Part shown: in pieces, positions 37,873 through 50,833 of the stretch
How the letters are laid out: every line of letters begins with the position of its first letter
Position numbering within the stretch: the first letter of the stretch is position 1
Origin: Mobula hypostoma
Taxonomy: Eukaryota
DNA: 64,000 nucleotides
Direction: 5' to 3'
Assembly (NCBI RefSeq): GCF_963921235.1
Contig: NC_086097.1
Location: forward strand, 151,034,001-151,098,000
The notes under the pieces: model-generated
Databases searched by the model: none
The model's input: the letters and a program-made list of their open reading frames with translations, nothing else
What the model was told of the DNA's origin: nothing
Position numbers and translations under genes: made by a program

Positions 37873-38479
37873 CTGTTTTTATATGTCTGCACTCTCCAGC
37901 CAGGTATTCGGATCATCACAAGACTTTACTGTCGTTTTCTAGGCTTTATTTTCTAAATAAGCAATGAGCTGAGTGGGGAAAAATAAAATTTTAGCACAGG
38001 TCAAAGGGAACCCATGAAAAAAAATCACATCCCATCTATTTACCACTTATCTTTGCAATCTGTCCTCAGACAGATTCTTCACATTGGTTCAATATATTTG
38101 CTCTATTGTTTCCTTCTGAAAATTCTGAAAAACACTGAATTTCCTATACTTGCACTCTGTTATTTTCTTACATGAAGTTTGAGCCAGATCTCAACAAATG
38201 CATACTGCAAGACATTAATAAAATAAGTTATTGGCTAAGGATATAAAAAATATCACTTTAAATTTACTTAATATTATATGCAGCTTTAAAGAGAGAGCCT
38301 TGGTAGATACACTAATAAATTTCAATATACTGATATCAAGATACATTGCAATAATTTCATTTATTCATTCTCAAAATCTATCATCTATGCCTTAAAAACT
38401 TGTGCAAGGAAAGGAAGATTTCTAAGGGATGGAATTTGAAGGAGTCATATTTTAGGAGACACAGCAAATGCAAATTTCA

Positions 38480-38730
38480 GTAGGTTCAATTTAATGTCAG
38501 AGCAATGTATACAATATACATCTTGAAATTATTTTTTTTTACAAACGTCCACGAAAACATGGAGTGCCCCAAAAACTGAAGGACAGTTAAATATTAGAAC
38601 CCCAAAGCCCCCCAGCTCCCCCTCCGACGTATAAGCTACAGCAAAGTGACAATCCCCCCACCAGCAAAAAAACATCTGCACCCTCCATCGAGCACTCAAG
38701 CGTGCAGCAAAGCATCAATAAAATAAGATT
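38480..38730 (-). repeat. Interspersed retroposon 3' repeat with a second copy at ~61530-61868 (+)
   Basis: Shared reverse-complement motifs tttattgatgctttgctgca...gtgct, ggttctaa.atttaact and attgtatacatt.ctctgacatt. Confidence 0.6.
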
Positions 38731-38751
38731 TTGCATTCTGAAGCAAGAAAA

Positions 38752-40000
38752 GCCATAAGACGATAAGACATAGAGTAGGAGCAGAATTAGGCCACTCAGC
38801 CCATCACATCTGCTCTGCCATTCCATCTTATTATCTCTCTTGACCCTATTGTCCTGACTTCTCCCTGTAACCTTTGACACTCTGACTAATCAACAGTCTA
38901 TCAACCTCCACTTTAAATATACTCGATGACTTGTCCTCCAAGGGCATCTATGGCAATGAATTCCACAGATTCACCACCCTCAAACTCAAGCAATTCCTTT
39001 TCGTCTCTGTTCTAAATGGATATTGCTCCATTCTGAGGCTGTGCTTTCTGGGTCCTAGACTCACCCACCATAGGAAACATCCTCTCCACATCCACTCTAC
39101 TAAGTCTTTCAATAATCAATAGGTTTCAATGAGATACCTCCTTGTTCTTCTAGACTCCAGAGATTACAGGCCCAGAGCCATCAAATGCTCCTCATACTTT
39201 GACCCTTTCATCCCCAGAAACATTTTCACGGACCTCCTTTGGACTCTCTCCAATGCCAGCTCTTCTTTTCTTAAATAAAAGGTCCAAACTGCTCAGAATG
39301 TTCCAAGTGTGGTCTGACTAATGCCTTATAAATCCTCAGCATCACATTCCTGCTGTTCTAGTCCTCATGAAATCAATGCTAACATTGACACCCAAGTCCC
39401 TTTGCAGCTCTGATTTTTGAATTTTTTCTCCATTTAGAAAACAGTTTATGCCTTTATTCCTTCTACCAAGGTACATGACCATATACTTCCTTATACTATA
39501 TTCCATCTGCCACATTTTTGCCTGTTCTCCCAATCTGTGAAAATCCTTCTGCAGACTCTCTCCTTCCTTAACACTACCTGCCCCTCAATCTATCTTTGTA
39601 TTGTCCGCAAACTTGGTCACAAAGTCATCAATTCCATCATCCAATTAATCGACATTTAACATGAAAAGAAGCGGTCCCAATACTGACCCCTGTGGAATAC
39701 CACTTGTCACCAGCAGCCAACCAGAATAATCCCCCTTTATTCCCACACTTTGCCTCCTGCCAGTCAGCCAATCTTCTATCCATGCTAGTATCTTTTCTGT
39801 TATCCCATGGCTCTTATCTTGCTAAGCAGCCTCATGTGTGGCACCTTGTCAAAGTCCTTCTGAATATCCATGTAAACAACATCAACCATCTCTCCTTTTT
39901 GTATCCTGCCTGATATCTCCTTAAATAATTCCAACAGATTTGTTAGGCAAAATTTCCCCCTGAGGAAACTATGCTGACTTTGGCCTAATTTATCCCACCT
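38752..40000 (-). mobile_element. CR1 LINE 3' part (TCTTATGG-tailed family)
   Basis: ORFs 39800-40006 (QHSFLRGKFCLTNLL, YMDIQKDFDKVPH) and 39342-39533, with tail ccataagacgataagac. Confidence 0.88.
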
Positions 40001-40059
40001 TCCCACCTACATCCACAACACTTCTCATGCCCCTGATCTCCTCAGTAACTTTCAATTCC

Positions 40060-41145
40060 CTGGCCCTGACTGCCCCATCATGGATGTTCAGTCCCTATGC
40101 ACATATATCCCCCCATCAAGAAGGCCTCAAAGTTCTCCCTTTCTTTCTTGACAAAAGAACCAACTCATCCCCCTCCACCACCATTGTTCTCTATCTGGCA
40201 AATCTCGTCCTCACTCTGAGCAATTTTTCCTTTGGCTCCTCCCAGTTTCACCAAACTCGTGGGGTAGTCATGGGCACTCATATGGGCACCAGCTATGCCT
40301 GCCTCTTCAATGATTATGTAGAACAGTCCAAGTTTGAAGCCTTCCCTGGTTATACTCCCCAACTCTTCCTCTGCTACACTGACAACTGCATTGGCACTGC
40401 TTCATGCACCCATGCTGAGCTTTTCAATTTCATCAATTTTGTCTCTAACTTCCACCCTGTCTTTAAATTCATTTGGTCCATCTCTGACATCTCCCTCCCC
40501 TTTCTCTTCATCTCTGAAGACAAACTGTTTTATAATCCAACTTATTCCCATGGTTATCTCAACTATACCTCTTCCCACCAAATCTCCAGTAAAAATGCCA
40601 TTCCTCTTTCTCAGTTTCTTCACCTCCACTGCATGTGTTCCCAGGAGTGGCTTTCCATTCCAGGACATCAGAAATGTCTTCCTTTAAACAACAGTTTCCC
40701 ACCCTCCAGCATTAATGCTGCCTTCACCCCCATCTCCTCCATTACCCAGCATCTGTCCGTGCTCACCCCATCTTCCTGCCGTGATAGAGTTCCTCTTGTC
40801 CTCGCCTACTACTCCATCAGCCTCCACATCAACACATTATCCTCTGCAACTTCTGATGTCTCCAAAAGGATCTTTCCCTCCTTCCCATCACCACTTTCCA
40901 CAGGATTCGCTCCCTCTGCAATTCCCTTACCCGTTCATTGCTCCTGGCACTTATCCCTGCAAGTGGCCTAAGGGCTACATCTGCCCATACGCTTCCTCTC
41001 TCACCGATCCAGGGCTGCAGTCAGCCCTTCCAGGTGAGGCAACACTTTACCTGCGAATCTGCAGGGATCTTCAACTGTGTCCGGTGCTCCTGAAGCAGCC
41101 TCCTCTACATTGGTGAGATCCATCATAAATTGGGAGACAGCCTCA
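40060..41145 (+). pseudogene. Penelope-like element ORF remnant: RT domain and start of GIY-YIG endonuclease
   Basis: ORF 40027-40971 contains HQEGL..L.FFL, LVLTLSNFSF, QTRGVVMGTHMGTSYACLF, FLCYTDNCIG and AIPLSQFL. The downstream FTCES...LLYIGE is GIY-YIG-like. Confidence 0.88.
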
Positions 41146-41671
41146 CCTTGGCACAAGAGGAGGCCAAAGACCCGTTAAAAGGATTTACTCCTTAGTCATA
41201 ATGATCCGAGAGGTTCAGAAATAATCTGTATTTACCAATAAGTACCTTTATTGGCTCAACAGAAGAACATGTGATCTTACACCACTGAATACCTCTGTGC
41301 ACACTTACTAAGTTCTCCTGACTCTCCATGAACAGTCAAAGAACAGTAAAGGTATTACCAGCAAAAAGAGTCTATACTGCTCACATGTTCCTCCTAGTTC
41401 CGCTCCAATCTCCATAGGTCCACATCCACGATGGTTGGTATGCTCTTTTGCATTTGAAGCTCCTCGTGGGAACCTGCAAGAAGCAAAACGGAGAGAATTT
41501 TTTGAAGACCTTTTCCATTCACCTGGTGTTCAGAGCTGTTTTTGAGAAGGTGCAACTTCCTCCTAAGCAGAATGATGAGCCTAATTAGGTACACCCTGCC
41601 CAAACATCCTGGGGTGTTACATCCTGGGGAAGTAGCTAAAGTGACAGGAAACCCCAAGTTCCCCAGAATGC

Positions 41672-43159
41672 CTGATTTTCAACCTCACTGCTACGGGCGG
41701 AAGTTCCCACTTCCTTCTAAAAAGCAACAATTATACCAGTGCCTAAGAAGAATAATGTGAGCTGCCTTAATGACTATTCCCGGTAGCACTCACATCGACA
41801 GTGATGAAATGCTTTGAGAGGTTGGACTAGAATGAACTCCTGCCTCAGCAAGGACCTGGACCCATTGAAATTTGCCTATCACTACAATAGGTCAATGGCA
41901 GATGCAATCTCAATGGCTCTTCACATGACTTCAGACCACCTGGACAACACGAACACCTAAGTCAGGATGCTGTTCATCGACTAGAGCTCAGCATTTAATA
42001 CCATCATTCCCGCGATCCTGATTGAGAAGTTGCAGAACCTGGGCCTCTGTACCTCCCTCTGCAAATGGATCCTCAGCTTCCTAACCGGAAGACCACAATC
42101 TGTGGGGATTGGTGATAGCATTTCCTCCTCGCTGATGATCAACACTGGTGCACCTCAGGGGTGCGTGCTTAGCCCACTGCTCTACTCTCTATATATCCAT
42201 GACTGTGTGGCCAGGCATAGATCAAATACCATCTATAAATTTGCTGATGATACAACCATTGTTGGCAGAATCTCAGGTGGTGACGAGAGGGCGTGCAGGA
42301 GCGAGATATGCCAACTAGTGGAATGGTGCCACAGCAACAACCTGGCACTCAGCGTCAGTAAGACAAAAGAGCTGATTGTGGACTTCAGGAAGGGTAAGAC
42401 AAAGGAACACATACCAATCCTCATAGAGGGATCAGAAGTGGAGATGTGAGCAGTTTCAAGTTCCTGGGTGTCAAGATCTCTGAGGATCTAACCTGGTCCC
42501 AGCATATCAATGCAGTTATAAAGATGGCAAGACAGCAGCTATACCTCATTAGGAGTTTGAAGAGATTTGGTAGGTCAACAAATACACCCAAAAACTTCTA
42601 TAGATGTACTGTGCAGAGCATTCTGACATGCTGCATCACTGTCTGGTATGGGGGGGGAGGTGCTACTGCACAGGACCAAAAGAAGCTGCAGAGGGTTATA
42701 AATTTAGTCGGCTCCATCTTGGGTACTAGCCTACAAAGTACCCAGGACATCTTCAAGGAGCCGTGTCTCAGAAAGGCAGCATCCATTATTAAGAACATCT
42801 AGCACCCAGGGCATGCCCTTTTCTCACTGTTACCATCACGTAGGAAGTACAGAAACCTGAAGGCACGCACTCAGGGATTCAGGAACTGCTTCTTCCCCTC
42901 TGCCATCGGATTCCTAAATGGACATTGAACCCTTGGACATTACCTCGCTTTTTTAATGTATAGTATTTCTGTCTTTTTGCACATTTTTAAAATCTATTCA
43001 ATATGTGTATACTGCAATTGATTTAGTTATTTATTTATTATTTTGGTTATTTTATTTTGGTTTTTTTTTCCTGTATTATGTATTGCATTGTACTGCTGCT
43101 GCTAAGTTAACAAATTTCACGTTACATGCCAGTGATAATAAACCTGATTCCGATTCTGA
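41672..43159 (+). mobile_element. Rex1/Babar-type LINE (same family as 22093-23487)
   Basis: ORFs 42030-42449 ([21 protein letters not shown]) and 42446-42802, with tail cctgattccgattctga. Confidence 0.93.
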
Positions 43160-44777
43160 GTTTGTCACCCCCTGAATGAAACTACTCCATGCACAAAATG
43201 GAGTTCCTGGCATTGAAATGGGCTGTGGTGGATAAGTTAAGTGACAAGTTTGAGGTGTGGACTGACTTGTACCCTGAACTTGGCAAAGTTGGATGGCACT
43301 TGTCTTCAATGGTCGGTGGCGTTGTCTGCTCATGACTTCAGCCTGAAGTATTGGCCGGGGAGTTGGAGCATTGATGCAGATATGTTGTCCCAACGCTTAC
43401 ATGAGGTGCTGGAAATGAACGAAGAGTGGGAGAGTGTTCCTGACTCTACTGTTAAAGCAATGTGTCAGTATTCCGCTACAGGGAAATCAGAGGCAATTCC
43501 CGAGCAGGATAGAGCCATGGATCATTTGGGAGCTTCTGGTTGCACCATTCCACAAGCTTACTGCAACTTAACCTCTCTGAATACAAAGCAGTTACCTTCC
43601 TTGAGTCCTGGGGCAGTGGCAGCAGCTCAACGAGACAACCCCTGTATAGATGCCATTTAGTTATCTGTTGCAGAAGGGGCTATGGCCCATGTTGAAAAGA
43701 TGAAACACCCTACCATACCCTTACTGATGAGAGAATGGAACAAACTGGAGTTGAGGAACCAGGTTTTATACAGGGTCATTGTCTCCTCCAGACAGGCCTC
43801 GGTGTTCCCAATTGGTTTGCCTGAGAAGCATTGGAGGACTGTGTAGAAGTCACTTTATGATGATTCAGGTTATTTGGGGTTTAATAAGACCTATGGATTG
43901 GTCCAAAATCGATTCTATTGGCTTCGAATGAAGCCTAAGGTTGAAGAGTACTGTAAGTCGTGCATTCGATGTATTCAGAAGAAGGCACTGCCTATGAGAT
44001 TTGCTCCATTATCCCATTTACAGATTGCAGGGCCACTTGATTTAGTGCGTATGGATTTCCTCTCCATTGAACCTGATTCCAGCAACATCGCAAATATCTT
44101 GGTCATCATGGATCACTACACCAGCTCTGCTCTAGCCTTCCTCGCAAGGGATCAGAGGGCATCTACAGTCACCCAAGTGTTATGTGAAAAGTATTTTGTT
44201 GATTATGGCCTCCCAGGAAGAATACACAATAATCAGGGAAGGCATTTTGTGAGTCAGCTCATTAATGAGTTACTGAGCATGCTTGGAGTTGAGAAGTCGA
44301 GGACCATGTCCTATTACCATCAGGGTGATCCCCAGCCTGAAAGATTCAATCAGACATTGTTGGACATGCTTGGAACCCCTGGATATCAGCAAAAAGAGCA
44401 AATGGAGTCAGCATATTGGGCATTTGGTCCACAGCTACAACTGTACACAGAATGAAATTAGCAGATACTCACCATGTTGTTTGATGTTCAGGCACAAAGC
44501 AAGATTACCTGTAGGTTTCTGTTCTGGAGCAGACAAAATATCTCAAGTATGTGTTTCACATGAGGAAAGAACTGCAAAAGGCTTATGAGCTAGCAGATGT
44601 CTCTGCTACCAAGCAAGATCAAAGAAACTAGAGGAGATATGATCAAAAGATTAGGGTCTCTTAACTGATGCCTGGAGACAGAGTTTTAATAAGGAATTTA
44701 GGCTACTTTGGAAGCATAAGCTGACGGACCACTGGGTGTCTATGCCTTATGTTGTGGAGAACCAGCTGTCAAACATA

Positions 44778-46381
44778 CAGTGGCATGCAAAAGTTTGGGC
44801 ACCCCGGTCAAAATTTCTGTTACTGTGAATAGTTGAGTTGAAGAGGAACTGATCTCCAAAGGTCATAAAGTTAAGATGAAACTTTTTTTTCAACATTTTA
44901 AACAAGATTAGTGTATTATTTTTGTTCTGTGCAATTTTAGAGTGAAAACTAGGAAAGGAGCACCATGCAAAAGTTTGGGCACCCCAAAGGTTTAAGCTCT
45001 CAGGTAACTTTTACGAAAGTCTCAGACCTTAATTAGCTTGTTAGGGCTATGGCTTGTTTGCAGTCATCGTTAGGAAAGGCCAGGTGATGCAAATTTCAAA
45101 GCTTTATAAATACCCTGACTCCTCAAACCTTGTCCCAACAATCAGCAGCCATGGGATCCTCTAAGTAGCTGCCTAACACTCTGAAAATTAAAATAAATGA
45201 TGTCCACAAAACAGGAGAAGGCTATAAGATGATAGCAAAGTGATTTCAGGTAAACGTTTCCTCAGTTCGTAACTAATTAAGAAATGGCAGTTTATAGGAA
45301 CAGTGGAGGTCAAGTTGAGGTCTGGAAGACCAAAAAAACTTTCCGAGAGAACTGCTTGTAGGATTGCTAGAAAGGCAAATCAAAATCCCTGTTTGACTGC
45401 AAAAGACCTTCAGGAAGATTTAGCAGACTCTGGAGTGAAGGTGCACTGTTCTACTGTGCAGTGACACCTGCACAAATATGACCTTCATGGAAGAGTCATC
45501 AGAAGAAAACCTTTCCTGCGTCCTCACCACAAAATTTTGCTTCAGAAGTTTGCAAAGGAACATCTAAACAAGCCTGATGCATTTTGGAAACAAGTCCTGT
45601 GGACTGATGAAGTTAAAATAGAATTTTTTGGCCAAAATGAGCAAAGGTATGTTTGGAGAAAAAAGGGTGCAGAATTTTATGAAAAGAACAATTCTCCAAC
45701 TGTTAAGCACAGGGGTGGATCAATCATGCTTTGGGCTTGTGTTGCAGCCAGTCAGTCGGGGAACATTTCACTGGTACAGGGAAGAATGAATTCAATTAAA
45801 TACCAGCAATTTCTGGAAGCAAACATCACATCGTCTGTAAAAAAGCTGAAGGTGAAAAGAGGATGCCTTCTACAACAGGATAATGATCCTAAACACACCT
45901 CAAAATCCACAATGGACTAGCAAGCTGAAGGTTTTGCCATGGCCCCCACAGTCCCCAGACCTAAACATCATTGAAAATCTGTGGATAGACCTCAAAAGAG
46001 CAGTGCATGCAAGACGGCCCAAGAATCTTACAGAACTAGAAGCCTTTTGCAAGGAAGAATGGGCGAAAATCTCCCAAACAAGAATTGAAAGACTCTTAGC
46101 TGGCTACAGAAAGCATTTACAAGCCGTGATACTTACCAAAGGGGGTGTTACTAAGTACGAACCATGCAGGGTGCCCAAACTTTTGCTTCAGGCTCTTTTC
46201 CTTTTTTGTTATTTTGAAACTGTAAAAGATGGAAATAAAAAAGTAATCTTGCTTAAAATATTAAAGAAATGTGCCATGTTTAACTTTATGCGTTTTGGAA
46301 ATCAGGTCACCTTTTACTCGCTTAGCTATTCACAGTAACAGAAATTTTGACCAGAGGTGCCCAAACTTTTGTATGCCTCTG
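44778..46381 (+). mobile_element. Full-length (1604 bp) Tc1-family transposon, IR/DR type, with disrupted DD34E-type transposase (~45151-46160)
   Basis: TA on both sides (44776-44777, 46382-46383); termini cagtggcatgcaaaagtttgggcacc / ggtgcccaaacttttgtatgcctctg. Inner DRs lie at 44964-44985 and 46169-46186. Motifs VLWTDE, QQDNDPKHTS and SPDLNIIE are present. Confidence 0.95.
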
Positions 46382-47137
46382 TACCAGTTCTCTGGGTGAA
46401 GCCAGAAGATGGGAATGGCCTTGTCAAAATTCTCCATCGGAATCTCCTTTTACCCCTCGAGTAGGAGGCATGTGTTGACTCAAAACCTGAGCTGGAACCT
46501 ACAGCTGGTAGGAGAACTCTGCGCAGAGGGAGGAGAACAGAAAGGCAATCAGCAGAAAGACCTGAAAAGGGCCCAACTACTGAATGCCATATGGACTCAG
46601 AGGATGAGGAAATGGGTGTGTGGTATATGTTATCCTATGCAAACTCCCCAAGAATTGATGAAGAGATTTCTGAATCTCCCAACCTTGACTCAGATGTATC
46701 TGGGGGTGGGAGGGGGGACAAGCAGTGGACTGGAGGACACAATGCTAGACAATGAAGGGAAGCTGGGCCCCAATGTAATTGGGGATGAAGCCAATCCCAG
46801 TCTGGTGTCAAGGGGACCTGAGTTGCTGGAAAACATGAGTAATGGACAGAGGGAAGCTTCCCCAAGTAGACAGGAAAGATCCCATGGGGTGCCTGAGGAT
46901 GAAGAAGCTGAAGATGATATGAGGTCTCAGAGAGTCTGGAAACCTCCAGATAGGCTGGCATATACACACTGGAGAAACTGAGTGTTGCATCTATCCCCAT
47001 AGTGAGGAATGTTACTGCCATTTACAAGTGGATTGAGGGTCCTGAAATTACAAAATTTATTTGAATAAGGTGCTATTAATAATGGCTTAATACATTTCAA
47101 AGTCATTTGGAAATGACTAATTTTGGTGGGGGGAGAA

Positions 47138-47961
47138 TGCAGTCCCCTAGTTAAGATTTTTACTGCTAATGCTGTAGGGTATTTCATTTAGTAGCTTTCT
47201 GTAGAAGCTGTGTGTCCCGCTGGAAGCATGTTTGGGTATTGGTTAAAGGTAAGGGGCTATGATATTCTACTCAGGAATGTTGTATCAGCCAATCAGGATA
47301 GCGGAATTGGGAGAAGGTTCTCGAAAAAACTGGGTGGTGAGAGATTTGTGATAGACATTGGTGGGATTCATGGTCTTTTTGGCAGGAGAGAGGAGAATAT
47401 CGGGAGAGACGGCCATAGGATCCGATCTGACTGGAAGACCTGATTGCAAGGAGTACTTCACAAGTCAAAGGAATCCAAGATGGGAAGTTCTACTGGTGAT
47501 TGGCGATGAGAATTCGACACCATGAGTAACAGTCATACCCAGCTCTTGAACAATACAAGCTCCAACGATGTGCACATTTAGACTGGTTTAATTGTAACGG
47601 GCCCTTTTATCTTTTTTCCTTATCTTCTTCTTCTCAATAACTGATTGATAAAGCTGAAAATAATAAATACACTTTCTTTATAATTGTATATGATGTACAA
47701 TCTGTTATTTCTTGCTAACAGATAATTGTGTATGGCCAGTACTTTACATAGCATTCGCTCATATTGAGGTCCTATTAATGAAAACATTCCAACTTTCCTG
47801 TTTGGTTGGATCCAAATCAACCCGACCTTAGATGTATATTGTTTAAGAAAGGTGGTCTTCTCACCACTGAGTCCAGTGGCTCAGTGGCTGTTAGCAGAGC
47901 CAGCTAACAAGCCAAGTTTGCATAGGAGCCCAGTTGGGGTGGGGTGGGGGGGTTGGTTACA
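47138..47961 (+). repeat. 3' LTR of the Gypsy element
   Basis: PPT ggtggggggagaa (47125-47137) precedes TG...; the LTR ends ggttaca at the junction with CR1 sequence. Confidence 0.75.
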
Positions 47962-48895
47962 AAAGCTTCTCAATCCGCTAACTTCCCACTAATATTATAT
48001 GCCCTCTCCTTTGTTTTGGTGCTGTCTTTGACTTCCCTTGTCAACCACAGTTGCCTTATTCACCCTTTAGAATTCTTCTTCATCTTTGGAATGTATCTGT
48101 CCTATGCCTTCTGAATTGCTCGTCAGAAACTCCAGCCATTGCTGTTGCCATCCCTGATAGTGTCCCATTCCAATCAACTTTGGCCAATTCCTCTCCCACG
48201 CCTCTGTAATTCCATTTTCTCCACTGTAATACCAACGCATCTGATTTTATCTTCCCCTCTCAAACTACAGAGAGAATTCTATCATGTTATGATCACTGTC
48301 TCCCAAGGATTCCTTGACCTTAAGCTCCCAAATCATTACACAACATTCAATCCAGAATTGCCTTTCTCCTAGTGGGCTCGACCACAAGCTGCTCTAAAAA
48401 AAAAACATCTCCATAGGTATTTTACAAATTCCCTCTTTTGGGATCCAGTACCAACCTGATTTTCCCAATCTACCTGTATATTGAAATCCCCATGACTCTT
48501 ATAACATGGATCTTATTGTATGCCTTTTCTAGTTCTTGCTGAAATGTATATCCCATTTCCTGGATACTGTTTGGGGGCCTGTATATAACTCCCATCAATG
48601 CCCTTTTACCCTTGCAGTATCTTAACTCTACCCACAAGTAGTCAGGATCTTCCGATCATATTTCATCTCTTTTTAAGGATTTGATTTCTTTTTTTATCAT
48701 CAGAGCCATCCCACCCACCCTGCCTAACTGCCTGTCCTTTCAGTACAATGTATGTCCTTGGATGTTAAGCTCCCAAATATGATCTTCTTTCAGCCACGAC
48801 TCAATGATGCCCACAACATTATACCTTTAAATCTCCAACCTCGCGGCAAGATAATCTACCTTATTCCATATACCTCGTGCTTTCAAGTATAACAT
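47962..48895 (-). mobile_element. CR1 LINE ORF2 endonuclease/linker fragment
   Basis: Minus-strand motifs of the APE region (gvIYRPP-like, MGDFN, LGxSDHNM-like) are recognisable in reverse complement. Confidence 0.8.
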
Positions 48896-49579
48896 CTAGT
48901 ATAATGTACTGGAAGAACTTAGAGGGTCAAGCAACATCTGTGGAGGCAAAAGGATCATCAACATTATGGGTCAAGGTGCTGCATTCTCCACTTTCCTTGT
49001 ACTATCTCAACTAAAATTGACAGTGTTGGGCTCAAATGTTTCTTCAAGTTTTTTTACAATGTCCCCGCATAAGCCCTGGTTTGTGATACATCAAAAATTC
49101 ACATTTGAAACATCGCTGACTTTTCTACTAATTTATCAACATGCTTCTTAGTTCTGATCCCTTCCATGGAACTGAATGATGTTGTTTGCCTTAAAGAAGA
49201 TCTCCACAAAGCCAAAGTGTGGCTGAATCTGCTTGGGTATTTCACCATGTACTTCAATCACCAATTTCCTGCTTTACTCAGGAGAAGTCCTCTTGCTCAG
49301 ACAGTCTACTTTTTACTACACAGTCTCATGTCACCCTCACAAGCAGCAGCATTCCAAACCCACCACCAATGCAGTGTCTATCAAGAGCTGCTGAGAAAAA
49401 ATCTCTCTCAGTTTAGGCAGAGCTTAAAACAGATATTCCTTTAAAAAGACAGTCATTTTCAAAGAAATCAGTAGTGTCAGATACAACAATGCATCCAGGT
49501 TGTACCATATGGCACATGTAATACTTGAAGTTGTATTCACACTCCTGCAGTTTCTCATGCAATGTCCTAAACTATGCAG

Positions 49580-49822
49580 ATGAACGCAAGAAATTCTGCT
49601 GATGCTGGAAGTCTTGAGCAACGCACAAAAGAAATGTTAGAGGAACTCAGCAAGCCAGGCAGATCAATGAAGGGGAATAAAGAGCTGCTTCCCTCTTCTG
49701 CGCCCTCCATTTCCTTCCAGTCCTAGGAAGGGTCTCAGTCTGAAACTTTGACCATGTATTCCACTCCATAGATGCCATCTGGCTTGCTGAGATCCCCCAG
49801 CATTTTTCATGTGTTCCTGCAT
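49580..49822. mobile_element. Old short inverted Penelope-like insertion
   Basis: A minus-strand terminus (caagaaattctgctgatgctgg...ggaactcagcaagccag) is followed by a plus-strand terminus with a decayed ribozyme motif. Flanks tatgcag at 49573-49579 and 49823-49829. Confidence 0.78.
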
Positions 49823-50023
49823 TATGCAGCCCACTCTGCTGTGGCATTATCAAATACCTTCCAGATCGCAATGATTTTCAGTCTGTTGTCAGCGCCTGTT
49901 GCAGCCACAATGCTCCCCACTCCTATAATTTTTTTTTAGATTTGGCTGTACATTTCTGCCCATTTATGCAATTGATTGGGACTCTGGTGACTTTGACATG
50001 AACTCGTGACAGCCCTCTCCTTG

Positions 50024-50260
50024 GGGTGGCAGTGTAGAGTAGCGGTTGGGCGAGTGCCAGCAGCCTGGATTCAGTTCCGCCACTGTTTGTAAGGTGTTTG
50101 TGCGCTCTCCCCGCGACCCTGTGGGTTTTCTCTGGGTGCCTCACTTTCCTTCCACATTCCGAAGATGTACTGGTCCCATGGGTGTAACTGGGCAGCACAA
50201 CCTTGTTGGGCCAGAAGGTCCTGTTAATGTGTTGTTTCTCTGAACTAAAATAAATCAAAA
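50024..50260 (+). mobile_element. V-SINE (HE1-like)
   Basis: Head gtagcggttg...ggattcagttcc, V-domain ctctccccgcgacc...gtgggttttctctgggtg, CR1-like end gggccagaagg, and an A-rich tail. Confidence 0.78.
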
Positions 50261-50833
50261 CTCCAAGTCAAGTAATAAAGAATCTAACATTCAACAAAGT
50301 AGTCAGCGCTGACGTTTTTGGGAATGACGGCTTAACACAGCAAGGGATTTTTAGAGTTGTTGTTCTGGAAGGTTTTTAGCTTTTAACAACCATACGAAGT
50401 GTTCTAGAGCTGGGTAAAATTTGAGATGCAGGAAAAGAATTGCATGCATATGGTTCTGAACGTTGACCTCACCCTCACCCTATTCACACATTGACACTCC
50501 ATAGTGAGAAAGTGTAGACAAATTGCTATGTGCCCAAGAGTGCTTTTAAGAGTGGTAAGCTAGCGTTCTAGGATGCAGGGAAACTTTAAGCAGTGACAAC
50601 GACATAGAATACTGGATTTTGGCTGAGATATTTCGCCAACGAACAGTGTAGTTAGTGCTGGCTACATGCAGTAAGGTTGTAAATGAGCAGGGATATCAAA
50701 CCTGACATGCTGTCATGCAATCTGATTCCCGGGCTAATCACATGATACAAAGTGCAAACCTGCTCTTGGGGGTTCATCAGTTTAGCTTCCTCTAACTCTG
50801 CTGCAGTTCACAGAAAAATAGACAAATTCAATG

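Larger units (their letters stand above)
41340..47961 (+). mobile_element. Decayed Gypsy LTR retrotransposon (RNase H, integrase, PPT, 3' LTR) hosting Rex1 and Tc1 insertions
   Basis: RNase H KMEFLALKWAV at ~43195. Integrase ORF 43874-44455 has RFYW..M...V.EYCKSCIRC, MDFLSIE, VIMDHYT and ERFNQTL. The C-terminal KILHRNLLLP follows the Tc1. The 5' boundary is uncertain. Confidence 0.88.

Noticed and set aside
40027..40971. 314-aa ORF as a functional or domesticated RT
   Set aside because: The catalytic YxDD is altered (YTDN), the frame drifts at both ends and there are internal deletions, so it is a decayed PLE.
46409..46981. 190-aa ORF downstream of the Tc1 as an accessory or env gene
   Set aside because: It overlaps the frameshifted acidic C-terminal tail of Gypsy pol (ending ...KPPDRLAY) and shows no env features.
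49166..49444. 92-aa ORF in unique sequence as a coding exon (likewise 19839-20096)
   Set aside because: There is no recognisable protein similarity or convincing donor site, and the length is within chance expectation.
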